NCBI GenBank assembly: GCA_044221725.1
Contig: JBGAON010000002.1
Location: forward strand, 128,001 to 192,000
Source: Elusimicrobiota bacterium
GTDB lineage: Bacteria > Elusimicrobiota > Elusimicrobia > F11
Direction: 5' to 3'
DNA: 64,000 nucleotides
Part shown: in pieces, positions 1 through 9,153 of the stretch
How positions within the stretch are numbered: position 1 is the first letter of the stretch
Layout: each line of letters starts with the position of its first letter
Notes under the pieces: model-generated
The model's database searches: none
Seen by the model: only the letters and a program-made list of their open reading frames with translations
What the model was told of the DNA's origin: nothing
Program-made: the position numbers and the translations under genes

Positions 1-178
1 TAACGCTCGATGACGTCTACGCCGGTTTCGCCGCCAATATACTTCGTCGCGTCGTTGTCCATTTTATTTAATCGAAACATTTTATTGCCGCTCATTGCGA
101 TTGTTTCTGCTTGATTCCCCAAGAGCCACGACTCATTATTTTGAAGTAATGGATATTCAAATTCATACGCTGTTTAGT

Positions 179-475
179 TCACCGTATTTTCGAGGGATCC
201 AATAACCGGGCTCCATGATAAACCGTCAATATCTCCGCAATTTTTCCTTTTAGTCGATAAACTACACGATAATTACCAAAAATAATTTCTCGAATATGCG
301 GATCCTTCAGCTCTGGAACGATTCTGCCGGATTTGGGGAAATCGACCAATCTATCTATGGTCCGCAAAATATCGACTACAAAAAGACGGGCGTAGTGAGG
401 AGAGTCTTTGGCGATAAAGTGAGTGATTGATTCTAAGTCGTTAAAACCTTGAAGTGTCCATTTTACTTGAGCCAT
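179..475 (-). CDS. Type II toxin-antitoxin system RelE/ParE family toxin
   Basis: 98 aa; N-terminal VKWT..GFNDLESI, FPKSGRIVPEL, IREIIFGNYRVVYRL and C-terminal ILTVYHGAR are typical of the RelE/ParE family; overlaps the upstream small ORF. Confidence 0.9.
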   Translation of the reverse strand: MAQVKWTLQGFNDLESITHFIAKDSPHYARLFVVDILRTIDRLVDFPKSGRIVPELKDPHIREIIFGNYRVVYRLKGKIAEILTVYHGARLLDPSKIR

Positions 476-645
476 TTCGCCATTTTCGCTTTCACCTTTG
501 CATGAGAAATGGTTTGGTGAGCATTCGCTTGCTTTAAACCACGCTCTATTTTGGAAAGGAATAGCAATCGCTCCATTGCATCTTCTATGGAAGCTTTCGC
601 GGGAAGATCACGAACTATTTTTATTACCTTTTCTTTTATCGTCAT
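463..645 (-). CDS. Putative antitoxin of the RelE/ParE pair
   Basis: 60 aa directly upstream of and overlapping the toxin; KIERGLKQA...ISHAKVK..MAKWLK resembles small ParE-associated antitoxins. Confidence 0.8.
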   Translation of the reverse strand: MTIKEKVIKIVRDLPAKASIEDAMERLLFLSKIERGLKQANAHQTISHAKVKAKMAKWLK

Positions 646-651
646 GATTCG

Positions 652-680
652 AGAATAACAGGTTTACCTGCCACCTTCAA
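652..680 (-). promoter_or_regulatory. sigma70-type promoter of the TA operon with a palindrome in the spacer
   Basis: Minus strand TTGAAG-17 nt-TATTCT with an extended TG, 6 nt upstream of the ATG; inverted repeat caggt-tt-acctg at 659-670. Confidence 0.6.
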
Positions 681-803
681 GATTGACCTTTAAATGAAAC
701 AAAAAGTTGCCCTCTAGACACCCGCACCTCCTCCGAGTAGAATCCCACCACTCATTTCCCTCGGAGAAGTCGTTAAATTCAACACACCTCGCAAGGAGGA
801 AGC

Positions 804-1919
804 ATGTCCGCAACAGAGAAGAAAAAATCCGAAATACCAACCACCAAAGAAGACAAAGAGCGTTCATTAAAATTGGCGTTGGCGCAAATCGAAAAGAGTT
901 ATGGCAAAGAAGCGCTCATGCGTTTGGGGGAAAAGGCACACGAGAAAATCGAAGTGATTCCGACGGGGGCGCTCGCGCTTGATCTTGCGATTGGCGTTGG
1001 CGGAATTCCACGTGGCCGCGTGATCGAAATCTACGGGCCGGAATCGTCCGGAAAATCCACGCTCTGCATGAGCATCGTCGCGCAGGCGCAGAAGCGCGGC
1101 GGAACCGCCGCTTACATCGATGCGGAACATTCGATGGACCCGGTCTACGCAAAAAAACTCGGTGTTGATATCGACAATTTGCTGATCTCTCAGCCCGACT
1201 CCGGCGAACAAGCGCTTGAAATTACCGAGCAGCTCGTCCGCTCCGGCGCCGTTGAGATCATTATCATCGACTCAACCGCGGCTCTCGTTCCCCGCTCGGA
1301 AATCGAAGGCGAAATGGGGCAGGCCAGCGTCGGTGTTCAAGCGCGGCTGATGTCGCAAGCGCTTCGCAAACTAACCGCGCTTCTCAACAAATCCAAAACG
1401 ACCGTCATCTTTATTAACCAACTCCGTCAGAAAATCGGTGTTCTTTATGGAAATCCGGAAACGACCCCGGGTGGCTTGGCGCTGAAGTTCTACGCAAGCG
1501 TTCGCTTGGATATTCGTCGCATCGAAGCCATCAAAGAAGGCGATGCGGTGATTGGTAGCCACGTGCGCGTCAAAGTTGTGAAGAACAAAGTGTCGCCGCC
1601 GTTCCGTCAGGCCGAGTTCGACATTATGTTCGGCTCCGGTATCGCGCGTGAAGCCGGCCTCATTGATATGGGCGCGCAGTCCGGTATTCTCGAGAAGTCC
1701 GGCGCCTGGTACCTCTACAAAGGGGAAAAGCTCGGCCAGGGACGCGAGAACGCCATGGAATTCCTGAAAACAAACGGCAAGCTCGCGAACGAGCTTGAAG
1801 AAGCGATCCGCAAACAATACGCCGCCGCCGAAAAAGCGACCGCCGCTGAAGAAGCAAAGAAAGGTGCTGATGCAAAAGCAGCCCCAGCAAAATCGGCCGC
1901 CGTCGCCGCAAAAAAATAG
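804..1919 (+). CDS. recA: Recombinase RecA
   Basis: Walker [48 protein letters not shown] aaggagg upstream. Confidence 0.99.
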   Translation: MSATEKKKSEIPTTKEDKERSLKLALAQIEKSYGKEALMRLGEKAHEKIEVIPTGALALDLAIGVGGIPRGRVIEIYGPESSGKSTLCMSIVAQAQKRGGTAAYIDAEHSMDPVYAKKLGVDIDNLLISQPDSGEQALEITEQLVRSGAVEIIIIDSTAALVPRSEIEGEMGQASVGVQARLMSQALRKLTALLNKSKTTVIFINQLRQKIGVLYGNPETTPGGLALKFYASVRLDIRRIEAIKEGDAVIGSHVRVKVVKNKVSPPFRQAEFDIMFGSGIAREAGLIDMGAQSGILEKSGAWYLYKGEKLGQGRENAMEFLKTNGKLANELEEAIRKQYAAAEKATAAEEAKKGADAKAAPAKSAAVAAKK

Positions 1920-1954
1920 ATCCGCAACAATTAAAGTCATCGTGGCTTGAGTAT

Positions 1955-2854
1955 TTGCGCGTCGAGCGCGGTCTCTCTGAGAATGCGCTCGACGCGTACC
2001 GCCGCGATATTGACTTGTTCCTGCAGTTCTTAAGTCGGTCCAACCAAAGCATTTCTTCCGTTCGTTCGTCGGATATCTCGGAATTTTTATTCGATGAGCA
2101 GGAAAAAAACAAAGCGGCGTCGTCGCTGACCCGTTATCTCCAAGCGATTCGCCACTTTTTTAAATTCCTGGTAGCTGAAAATCATCTGGAAAAAAATCCC
2201 GCCGAATTGATTCCGTTGCCGAAAAAACCACAGCGACTGCCCAAGGTCGTCAATGTTTCGGACGTGCAGCGGGTGCTAACAACACGAGCAAAGCCCGCGT
2301 CTGTTTCGATCGATAAGGCATCGCAGCGTCGGCGTGAGGAACGTGTGCTCCGATATATGGCCGCCTTCGAACTGCTGTACGCAACGGGCATGCGAATTTC
2401 TGAGCTCGTAAACCTCAAGGACAATCAATTGGATCTAAAAGACGGATTCGCACGCGTCATGGGAAAACGGAACAAGGAACGCATCGTCCCAGTGGGGCGT
2501 TACGCGCAAAGTGTTTTATCTCGGTACTTGGAGCTGCGAAACTCGGTGCGAAAGGACGTTCTCGTCGGAAATGGTGACGATTACGTGTTCACAAGCGCCG
2601 AGGGCGGCAAAGTGAGTCGATCAACTTTTTGGACCAATTTGCGCAAGATCAGTGTCGCGGCCGGAATCTCAAAAAAAATTAGCCCGCACGTTTTGCGGCA
2701 TTCGTTCGCCACTCATCTGTTGCAAGGCGGCGCTGACCTGCGCGTCGTCCAAGAGCTGTTGGGGCACGCGGACATTGGCACAACCCAAATCTATACGCAT
2801 GTCGACCGCACACAATTAATCGAGGCACACAAACGGTTCCATCCGCGCGCGTAG
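1955..2854 (+). CDS. xerD: Tyrosine recombinase XerD (true start probably further upstream, near 1916)
   Basis: ERGLSEN N-terminus, LLYATGMRISEL, GKRNKERIVP, SPHVLRHSFATHLL, LLGHADIGTTQIYTH. Confidence 0.9.
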   Translation: MRVERGLSENALDAYRRDIDLFLQFLSRSNQSISSVRSSDISEFLFDEQEKNKAASSLTRYLQAIRHFFKFLVAENHLEKNPAELIPLPKKPQRLPKVVNVSDVQRVLTTRAKPASVSIDKASQRRREERVLRYMAAFELLYATGMRISELVNLKDNQLDLKDGFARVMGKRNKERIVPVGRYAQSVLSRYLELRNSVRKDVLVGNGDDYVFTSAEGGKVSRSTFWTNLRKISVAAGISKKISPHVLRHSFATHLLQGGADLRVVQELLGHADIGTTQIYTHVDRTQLIEAHKRFHPRA

Positions 2855-2888
2855 GAAGGCTTCTTCTGTTTCGAGCAGAGATTTTTAG

Positions 2889-4241
2889 TTAGGAAGGACG
2901 TTGCAGCAGAATCGCGCCACCAAGTCCTCCGGCGGCGCAAGCGGCTGCGAGGCCGATGTCGGAGTTCGGGTTTTCTTTCATCGCGTACATGAGGTTCAGA
3001 ACGATCCGTGTTCCGGTCGCGGCCAACGGGTGCCCGAGCGGGATACTGCCGCCATGAGGATTCAGCATCTTCTTGTCCCACAGCGTTCGCCAATCTTGGC
3101 TCATTTGCTCGCGGCCCACGTGAAAGATTGATAAGCACGTCGCCGCAAACGCTTCGTGCAACTCAATTTGATCGATATCCGAAAACTTAAGCCCCACGCG
3201 GTCGAGCGCGGTTTGCGTTGCGTACGCGGGCGCAATGCCCATGTGCGCCGGATCAATTCCATAAAACGCCCACGACTTTAATTCGCCGAGAATTTCGAGT
3301 CCCAAATCTTTCGCCAGTTCTTCGGATGTGACGATGACCGCGGCCGCCCCATCGGAACGGGCGCAGGAATTAAAGAGCGTAACCGTCGCTTGCGCGTTCG
3401 GTTCGTAACTTTTTCCTTTGATGTGTTCACCAAACTTCTCGTAAAAGTTTTTGATCGTAAACGCTTCGCTATCGAAAAGCACCGGCGCTTTTTTGATCAT
3501 CTCCGGTTTCTGAACCAAATTCTTTCGCAGCATCACGTATTCGTCGAACTCGAGCAGTGTTTGTCCGGCTTCTACGACCGGCATGACATGACTCTTATAG
3601 AATCCGTCTAATTCGGATTCGTAACAGCGTTTGAATGTTTCGTAGGCGTACGCGTCTTGCATCTCGCGCGTAATGCCGAACATTTGCGCGCACACTTCGG
3701 CCGTGGCGGCCATGTTCAAATGTCGAATTGGATCGGTGAGCCCTTCCTCCATTGTGTCCATGATGGACACTTCGGGATCGTTCCAAAGATTTGCCCAGTT
3801 TTCTTTTACCGATTCAATGGATCGGAGAGATTTCGCTGAGCGTGGGCCGCGAATGGCGTAGGGGAAAGTCGACATCGATTCGGTGCCGCCCGCAATATAG
3901 AGTTCACCTTCGCCCATGACAATGTGGCGGGCCGCTGAGCAAATAGATTCCATTCCGGAGACGCAGTTTTCTTGAATTGTCGTTGCGTGCGCGCGTTCGG
4001 GGAGGCGGCCGGCCTTTAGAGCGGCGATGCGCGCGATGTTCGGTGCGTGGGATCCTTGTCCAACCCAGCCGACGATGACGCCGTCAATATATTTTGGATC
4101 GAGATTGGCCCGCTTGACGAGTTCTCGGATGACCGAACCCATGAGATCTTCGGGTGGCATATGCGAAAGACTCTTCGAAAGGTGGCCAATCGCCGTTCGA
4201 AGTCCGGTGCACAGAACAATTTTTTTATTTTTCGAGTTCAT
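2889..4241 (-). CDS. Thiolase (acetyl-CoA C-acyltransferase)
   Basis: ENCVSG active-site Cys, AGGTESMS, DGAAAV, HEAFAA, GHPLAATG, ACAAGG. Confidence 0.93.
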   Translation of the reverse strand: MNSKNKKIVLCTGLRTAIGHLSKSLSHMPPEDLMGSVIRELVKRANLDPKYIDGVIVGWVGQGSHAPNIARIAALKAGRLPERAHATTIQENCVSGMESICSAARHIVMGEGELYIAGGTESMSTFPYAIRGPRSAKSLRSIESVKENWANLWNDPEVSIMDTMEEGLTDPIRHLNMAATAEVCAQMFGITREMQDAYAYETFKRCYESELDGFYKSHVMPVVEAGQTLLEFDEYVMLRKNLVQKPEMIKKAPVLFDSEAFTIKNFYEKFGEHIKGKSYEPNAQATVTLFNSCARSDGAAAVIVTSEELAKDLGLEILGELKSWAFYGIDPAHMGIAPAYATQTALDRVGLKFSDIDQIELHEAFAATCLSIFHVGREQMSQDWRTLWDKKMLNPHGGSIPLGHPLAATGTRIVLNLMYAMKENPNSDIGLAAACAAGGLGGAILLQRPS

Positions 4242-4255
4242 AGCCGTTCCCCATG

Positions 4256-4284
4256 AGCGTAACGCCGCGCTCGGTTTTTGTCAA
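4256..4284 (-). promoter_or_regulatory. sigma70-type promoter of the thiolase gene
   Basis: Minus strand TTGACA-17 nt-TACGCT. Confidence 0.55.
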
Positions 4285-4327
4285 TCGAAAAACCCTTGTG
4301 AAGACGCGTCAATTCTCAAGTTCTTCC

Positions 4328-4356
4328 TTGAAAACCGTCGAGCGACCGACTAAACT
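4328..4356 (+). promoter_or_regulatory. sigma70-type promoter of the MoxR operon
   Basis: TTGAAA-17 nt-TAAACT followed by SD gaggag at 4381. Confidence 0.6.
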
Positions 4357-4394
4357 GATCACAATTCACGTCGGAATCTCGAGGAGTTTTGAGC

Positions 4395-5393
4395 GTGGCA
4401 CCCACAACACTATCAGATAAAGAACTCGCCGAAAAAGTTATCGCCGCTGAGAAGTCCATCAAATCCCAAATCTCAAAAGTTATCGTCGGACAAGATCAAG
4501 TTGTCGAGCAGTTGTTGCTATCGATTTTCGTTGAAGGGCATTGTTTGATTGTGGGGGTTCCGGGGCTTGCAAAAACGTTGCTCGTATCAACATTGGCCAA
4601 AACTCTCGATCTGGCGTTCAACCGGGTGCAGTTTACGCCCGATCTCATGCCGTCGGATATCACCGGAACGGAAGTCATCCAAGAAGACAAAGCCACACGC
4701 GAACGTCAGTTCAAATTTATCCAGGGTCCGATTTTTTCGAACGTGGTGCTCGCCGACGAAATCAACCGCACGCCACCAAAAACACAAGCGGCGCTGTTGC
4801 AGGCCATGCAGGAGCGGCGCGTGACGATCGGTGGACAGACCTACCCGTTGCCCGAACCGTTCTTTGTGTTGGCAACGCAAAATCCCATCGAACAGGAAGG
4901 GACTTATCCGCTACCGGAAGCGCAACTCGACCGGTTCTTGTTCCAAATCAATATCGGTTATCCGAGCATCACCGAGGAGAAAGAGATCGTTGCGAAGACC
5001 ACGCAAGTCACAGACGTTTCACCGAAAGCCGTTTTGAACGACAAAGAAATCAAAGCGATGCAGACAATTGTTCGGCGTGTGCCGGTGGCTGATTCGGTGG
5101 TGGATTACGCGGTGCGGCTCGTGCGCGCGTCGCGTCCGCAAGAAGCAGGGGCCAGCGAGATTGTGAAGAAATGGATCGGATGGGGCGCGGGCCCGCGCGC
5201 GTCGCAGTCGCTCATTCTCGCCGCGAAAGCGCGCGCTTTGTTGAACGGCCAACTTACGCCGTCGATTGAAGACGTGCGCGCGATGGCGCTGCCGGTCATG
5301 CGGCACCGGATTGTGCTGTCGTTCCAGGCACAAGCCGAAAATATTCCCGCGGATCATGTGTTATCGGAACTGTTGAACGTTGTCGCTGCTTGA
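4395..5393 (+). CDS. moxR: MoxR family AAA+ ATPase
   Basis: GVPGLAKT, RVQFTPDLMPSDITG, LADEINRTPPKTQAALL, ATQNPIEQEGTYPLPEAQLDRF; GTG at 4395 is better spaced from the SD than TTG at 4389. Confidence 0.95.
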   Translation: MAPTTLSDKELAEKVIAAEKSIKSQISKVIVGQDQVVEQLLLSIFVEGHCLIVGVPGLAKTLLVSTLAKTLDLAFNRVQFTPDLMPSDITGTEVIQEDKATRERQFKFIQGPIFSNVVLADEINRTPPKTQAALLQAMQERRVTIGGQTYPLPEPFFVLATQNPIEQEGTYPLPEAQLDRFLFQINIGYPSITEEKEIVAKTTQVTDVSPKAVLNDKEIKAMQTIVRRVPVADSVVDYAVRLVRASRPQEAGASEIVKKWIGWGAGPRASQSLILAAKARALLNGQLTPSIEDVRAMALPVMRHRIVLSFQAQAENIPADHVLSELLNVVAA

Positions 5394-6252
5394 TCCTGTC
5401 ATCATTGCCCAGCTCGGCAATCTCGAGCTGCGAGCTCGCCGGATTTTGGACGGCTTTTACGCCGGCCATCACGTAAACAAAAATCGCGGTCACGCTCAGG
5501 ATTTTTCCGAGCACCGTCCCTACAACCCCGGAGACGACCCTCGTTCCCTCGATTGGAAGGTGTTTGGTCGCACGGACCGCCTGGTCATCAAGCAATACGA
5601 AGAGCAAACCAATATTCAAGCGATGGTGCTGTTGGACGCATCGCTCTCAATGAATTTTTCATTCGCTGGACGCGTCACGAAGCTCGATTACGCGAAGACG
5701 CTGGCCGCGGCCCTCGGATATCTCGTTGTGTCTCAAAACGACGCGGTCGGCTTGGTCGCGCCCGGGGAGATGGTGCCGGCCGGCACGCAATTTGGGCATT
5801 TGAGTCGCTACTATTCGACGCTTGAGGCGTTGCAGCCGCACGGCGTTTGGAATCCGGCCGAGGCAACACAAAACCTGCAACAAAGCACGCGCAAACGCGG
5901 GTTTGTCATTGTGTTGTCCGATCTGATGACCGACGAAGACAAAATGATTTCCACACTGAGGATGCTCAGTGCACGGAAAAACGAAGTGCTCGTTTTCCAA
6001 ATTCTCGATCCGGCCGAGATCGATCTTCCGTTCGAGGGGCCCGTGCTGTTCGAAGATATGGAATCGGGCGAACAGCTGAAAACGGAAGCGGGTTCGATTC
6101 GCACCACCTACAACGCGTGGGTTCGCGAGAAATTGTCGTCGATCGCGAACGTTCTGCGAACATCCGGCATCGATTCGTTGACGATCACGACCAACACGCC
6201 GTTCGACAAAGGCTTGGGTGCTTATCTTTCGTGGCGGCGGGGAAATCTATGA
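5380..6252 (+). CDS. DUF58 / vWA domain protein
   Basis: DFSEHRPYNPGDDPRSLDWKVFGRTDRLVIKQYEE, LLDASLSM, VLSDL; follows MoxR. Confidence 0.92.
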   Translation: MSLLDPVIIAQLGNLELRARRILDGFYAGHHVNKNRGHAQDFSEHRPYNPGDDPRSLDWKVFGRTDRLVIKQYEEQTNIQAMVLLDASLSMNFSFAGRVTKLDYAKTLAAALGYLVVSQNDAVGLVAPGEMVPAGTQFGHLSRYYSTLEALQPHGVWNPAEATQNLQQSTRKRGFVIVLSDLMTDEDKMISTLRMLSARKNEVLVFQILDPAEIDLPFEGPVLFEDMESGEQLKTEAGSIRTTYNAWVREKLSSIANVLRTSGIDSLTITTNTPFDKGLGAYLSWRRGNL

Positions 6253-8312
6253 GTTTTTTGAATCCACTTATTTTGTGGATTCTGCCAGCGGCTGGTGTCC
6301 CTATTCTTTTGCATTTGTTGAACAAGCGACCGCCCAAAAAAATTCGTTTCTCGCATATCGGTTGGCTCAAAGCGGTCCACAAAACGACGATGCCAAAGAA
6401 AAAACTGCACGAGATGCTGCTGCTCATCACGCGCACGCTGCTCGTTCTATTTTTGATTTTCGTATTTGCGCGCCCCGTGATTCACAGCGGAACATCGCTC
6501 ACGGGCGGGACATCGAGCGAGTCCATGGTGTTTTTGTTGGACGTGTCGGCATCGATGAGCGCCGTCGAAGCTGGGCGTTCCTCACTCGACTGGACCAAAG
6601 AACGGTTGCAGGCAGCGCTTCGAAAAATTCCAAGCGGCGTTAAGGTCGGCGTTGTTGTGTATTCCGATCAGGTTGAGCAAGAACTTGCGCCAACCGACGA
6701 GCGGTCGCGCGTCACGACGACTCTGCAAAACGCGAAAGAGACGTTGCGCGGAACGGACGTTTTCCCCGCGCTTAAGCTCGGACTTCAAATGCTGGAAAAC
6801 CAACCGAAAGGACAGAAAACGCTCGTTGTTGTGTCCGATTTGGCGCGTCACGGCTGGTTAAACGCCCTCGAAAAATCGAGCGATGTTCAAAACGCGGCGA
6901 CGAATGTTCGCGTGGTTTTGTGGGAGGCGGCCTCGAATGTTCCGAACGCCGGTGTGTCCGAAGCCTCGCTCGGCTTGAGCGAAGAAGGGCTTTTAAGCGG
7001 CGCCGCGCGATTTCATTATTCGGATTCGTTGACGAACGAACCAACCTGGAAACTTCATCTGAACGACCGCGTGGTTGCCCAAGGTGCCTGGAATTCGGTC
7101 GTGACCGGTGGCAATACGTTGGCGCTTCGTGCCCAGTTTCCCGAAGGCGGTTTTTATTCGGGAAGTGTGGAGCTTTCGGCGGACAGCGCACCGTTTGATG
7201 ATGCGTATTATCTCGCGGGAAGAATACCGAAAGGGTTTCGATTGCTGCTGGTGGATGGCGAAAGCGGCTTGGCGCCGGCGGATTCCGAGGTTTATTATTT
7301 GAGATCGGCGCTTGAATCGCCGCGCGATCCTCGCATCGATTCAATTCAGGTGTTGCGACCCGAAGCGCTGGCGTCGGTTCATTTCAATTCCTATGACGCG
7401 ATTGTGCTCGCGAACGTGGCCGGGATTCCGGACGGGGCGGGCAAAGAAGCCGAGCTTTTGAAGTGGATTGAGAACGGCGGCGGGCTTCTCATGACGGCGG
7501 GCTCCAAATGGCCGCACGCTCCGACGGTGCCGTTGCGGTTGTTTCGTTCGATTGAATCAAAAAGCGCCGCAGAAAAGATTTCAGTTCCCGATCCCAAAGA
7601 GCCGTTTTTCAGCGACGTCTCAGGCATCAAAGATTTTGAATGGGGCCAAATTTCCGTTGAAAAACATGTGGCGCTTGAGAAAGAGAACACAGCGACTGTT
7701 TTGTTGACTCTCGCGAGCGGTGATCCGCTGCTGGTGCGCAAGCAGCTTGGGAAAGGTTTCGTGATGTGCTTGACCACCACTCTCGATCGTGCCTGGACAA
7801 ATTTTCCCGCGAAGCCGGTGTTTGCGCCTCTTATGCGAGAGCTCGTGGCGGCGCTCGCCGATCCTCTTCGCGAGCAAACCGTGCTGCAAGGATTCGTTGG
7901 TGTTCCGGTACGCTTCAACGTGCCCGTGGGAGTGAAGAGCGTCAGCGTGGTGGCCCCGAGCGGTGTGGTGAGCGGGGCAAACGTTACCCGCGATGGGGTC
8001 ATGGAATGGCCGGCGCCCACGACTCCCGGTTTGTATAAAGTGAAAACCGACCGCCGCGACACGGATTTTTATTTCGCCGTGAACATTCCGCATTTGGATC
8101 AGGAAGGCGATTTGACGCGCTTGTCGGAGAAAGATGCGAGGAAAATTTTCCCGGACACGGCCGTCAATTACGTCGCCGGCGGTACGGACCGGACTCAGTT
8201 GCTTTTGAACGCGCTCCAAGGAAAGGACATGACAAACCCGCTGCTGGCCAGTTTGTTTGTGCTGTTTGGTCTTGAGACCCTATTGGGATTCGCAAGAAGG
8301 ACAAATGAATAG
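6249..8312 (+). CDS. BatA N-terminal double-TM plus vWA domain membrane protein
   Basis: MSFLNP..PILLHLL..RP BatA N-terminus, MIDAS DVSASM, C-terminal TM; ATG overlaps the DUF58 stop (ATGA). Confidence 0.85.
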   Translation: MSFLNPLILWILPAAGVPILLHLLNKRPPKKIRFSHIGWLKAVHKTTMPKKKLHEMLLLITRTLLVLFLIFVFARPVIHSGTSLTGGTSSESMVFLLDVSASMSAVEAGRSSLDWTKERLQAALRKIPSGVKVGVVVYSDQVEQELAPTDERSRVTTTLQNAKETLRGTDVFPALKLGLQMLENQPKGQKTLVVVSDLARHGWLNALEKSSDVQNAATNVRVVLWEAASNVPNAGVSEASLGLSEEGLLSGAARFHYSDSLTNEPTWKLHLNDRVVAQGAWNSVVTGGNTLALRAQFPEGGFYSGSVELSADSAPFDDAYYLAGRIPKGFRLLLVDGESGLAPADSEVYYLRSALESPRDPRIDSIQVLRPEALASVHFNSYDAIVLANVAGIPDGAGKEAELLKWIENGGGLLMTAGSKWPHAPTVPLRLFRSIESKSAAEKISVPDPKEPFFSDVSGIKDFEWGQISVEKHVALEKENTATVLLTLASGDPLLVRKQLGKGFVMCLTTTLDRAWTNFPAKPVFAPLMRELVAALADPLREQTVLQGFVGVPVRFNVPVGVKSVSVVAPSGVVSGANVTRDGVMEWPAPTTPGLYKVKTDRRDTDFYFAVNIPHLDQEGDLTRLSEKDARKIFPDTAVNYVAGGTDRTQLLLNALQGKDMTNPLLASLFVLFGLETLLGFARRTNE

Positions 8313-9153
8313 CAGTCGAAATCCACTTCGGCGCCTCCGCGCAGACGGTACCATCATTAGGAGATCAACGTGGCGTGGTACCGCCTGCGCGGGGGCGACG
8401 GTGTTCCTCCTCTCAGTAGCGTCACTTTTCGCTGGGTCGGGGAACAAATTCGTTTACGCCCAGCTCCGTTACGACGGGGCCTGGGATCCGTACCCGGCGG
8501 TGCACGAGCGTATTTTTGAAATGGTCCGTACGATGACGAACATTCCGTTCGCGGCGGAACGGCGCGTTGTGACGCTCGATAGCCCGGCGTTGTTCGAGTC
8601 CCCGTTCTTAATTATCAAGGGCAATTCGGAGTTCCGCGCCACGCGTGAGCAAACACTTCATTTAAAGGAATACATCGACCGCGGCGGATTTGTGTTTATC
8701 GACGATACGTTGGCGGACCCCAAAGGTCCGTTCGCAAATTCAATTCGGAATCTCATGCTGGAGCTTTATCCCGATCGAACGTTTCAAAAGATTCCAGCCG
8801 ATCATGCGCTGTTTCGTTCATTTTTTCTTTTGCGCAGTGTCGCCGGGCGTCGCATCGCTGAGAAATATTTGGAAGGGCTCGACGTGAGCGCCTCGCTCGA
8901 CAAAAACGCGCTCACGAGCGAAGGCTTGCTCGGTGAAGGACGAACGGCCGTTGTTTATTGCCCGAACGATCTGTTGGGCGCCTGGGTCAAAGACAATTTG
9001 GGCCAGTACCGATTTAGCTGCGAACCGGGTGGCGAAGCGCAGCGATGGGAATCCTTCAAACTCACGATCAACATCATTTATTTCAGTCTGACCGGCACTT
9101 ACAAACGCGATGCGATTCATCAACCGTTCATCGAGATGAAGTTGGGCTCATGA
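8305..9153 (+). CDS. DUF4159 domain protein
   Basis: LKEYIDRGGFVFIDD, IPADHALFRSFF, PNDLLGAW, INIIYFSLTGTYKRD; usual MoxR-operon member. Confidence 0.85.
   Translation: MNSSRNPLRRLRADGTIIRRSTWRGTACAGATVFLLSVASLFAGSGNKFVYAQLRYDGAWDPYPAVHERIFEMVRTMTNIPFAAERRVVTLDSPALFESPFLIIKGNSEFRATREQTLHLKEYIDRGGFVFIDDTLADPKGPFANSIRNLMLELYPDRTFQKIPADHALFRSFFLLRSVAGRRIAEKYLEGLDVSASLDKNALTSEGLLGEGRTAVVYCPNDLLGAWVKDNLGQYRFSCEPGGEAQRWESFKLTINIIYFSLTGTYKRDAIHQPFIEMKLGS
8329..8400. repeat. In-frame palindromic element, family A, copy 1
   Basis: 25-bp arms cggcgcctccgcgcagacggtacca / tggtaccgcctgcgcgggggcgacg with 3 mismatches. Confidence 0.8.

Noticed and set aside
1..95. Partial minus-strand ORF (MSGNKMFRLNKMDNDATKYIGGETGVDVIER)
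   Set aside because: Too short within the window to support a call
690..712. LexA box upstream of recA (gaaacaaaaagttgc)
   Set aside because: Does not fit GAAC-N4-GTTC or CTGT-N8-ACAG well enough
1955..2854. Integrase marking a prophage or genomic island
   Set aside because: Sequence matches housekeeping XerD; no att sites or phage genes nearby
5847..6248. N-terminal extensions in the ORF track (also at 8257, 9045, 11135, 15261, 45047, 46492 and 59363)
   Set aside because: They overlap upstream genes; family N-termini and stop/start overlaps indicate the later starts
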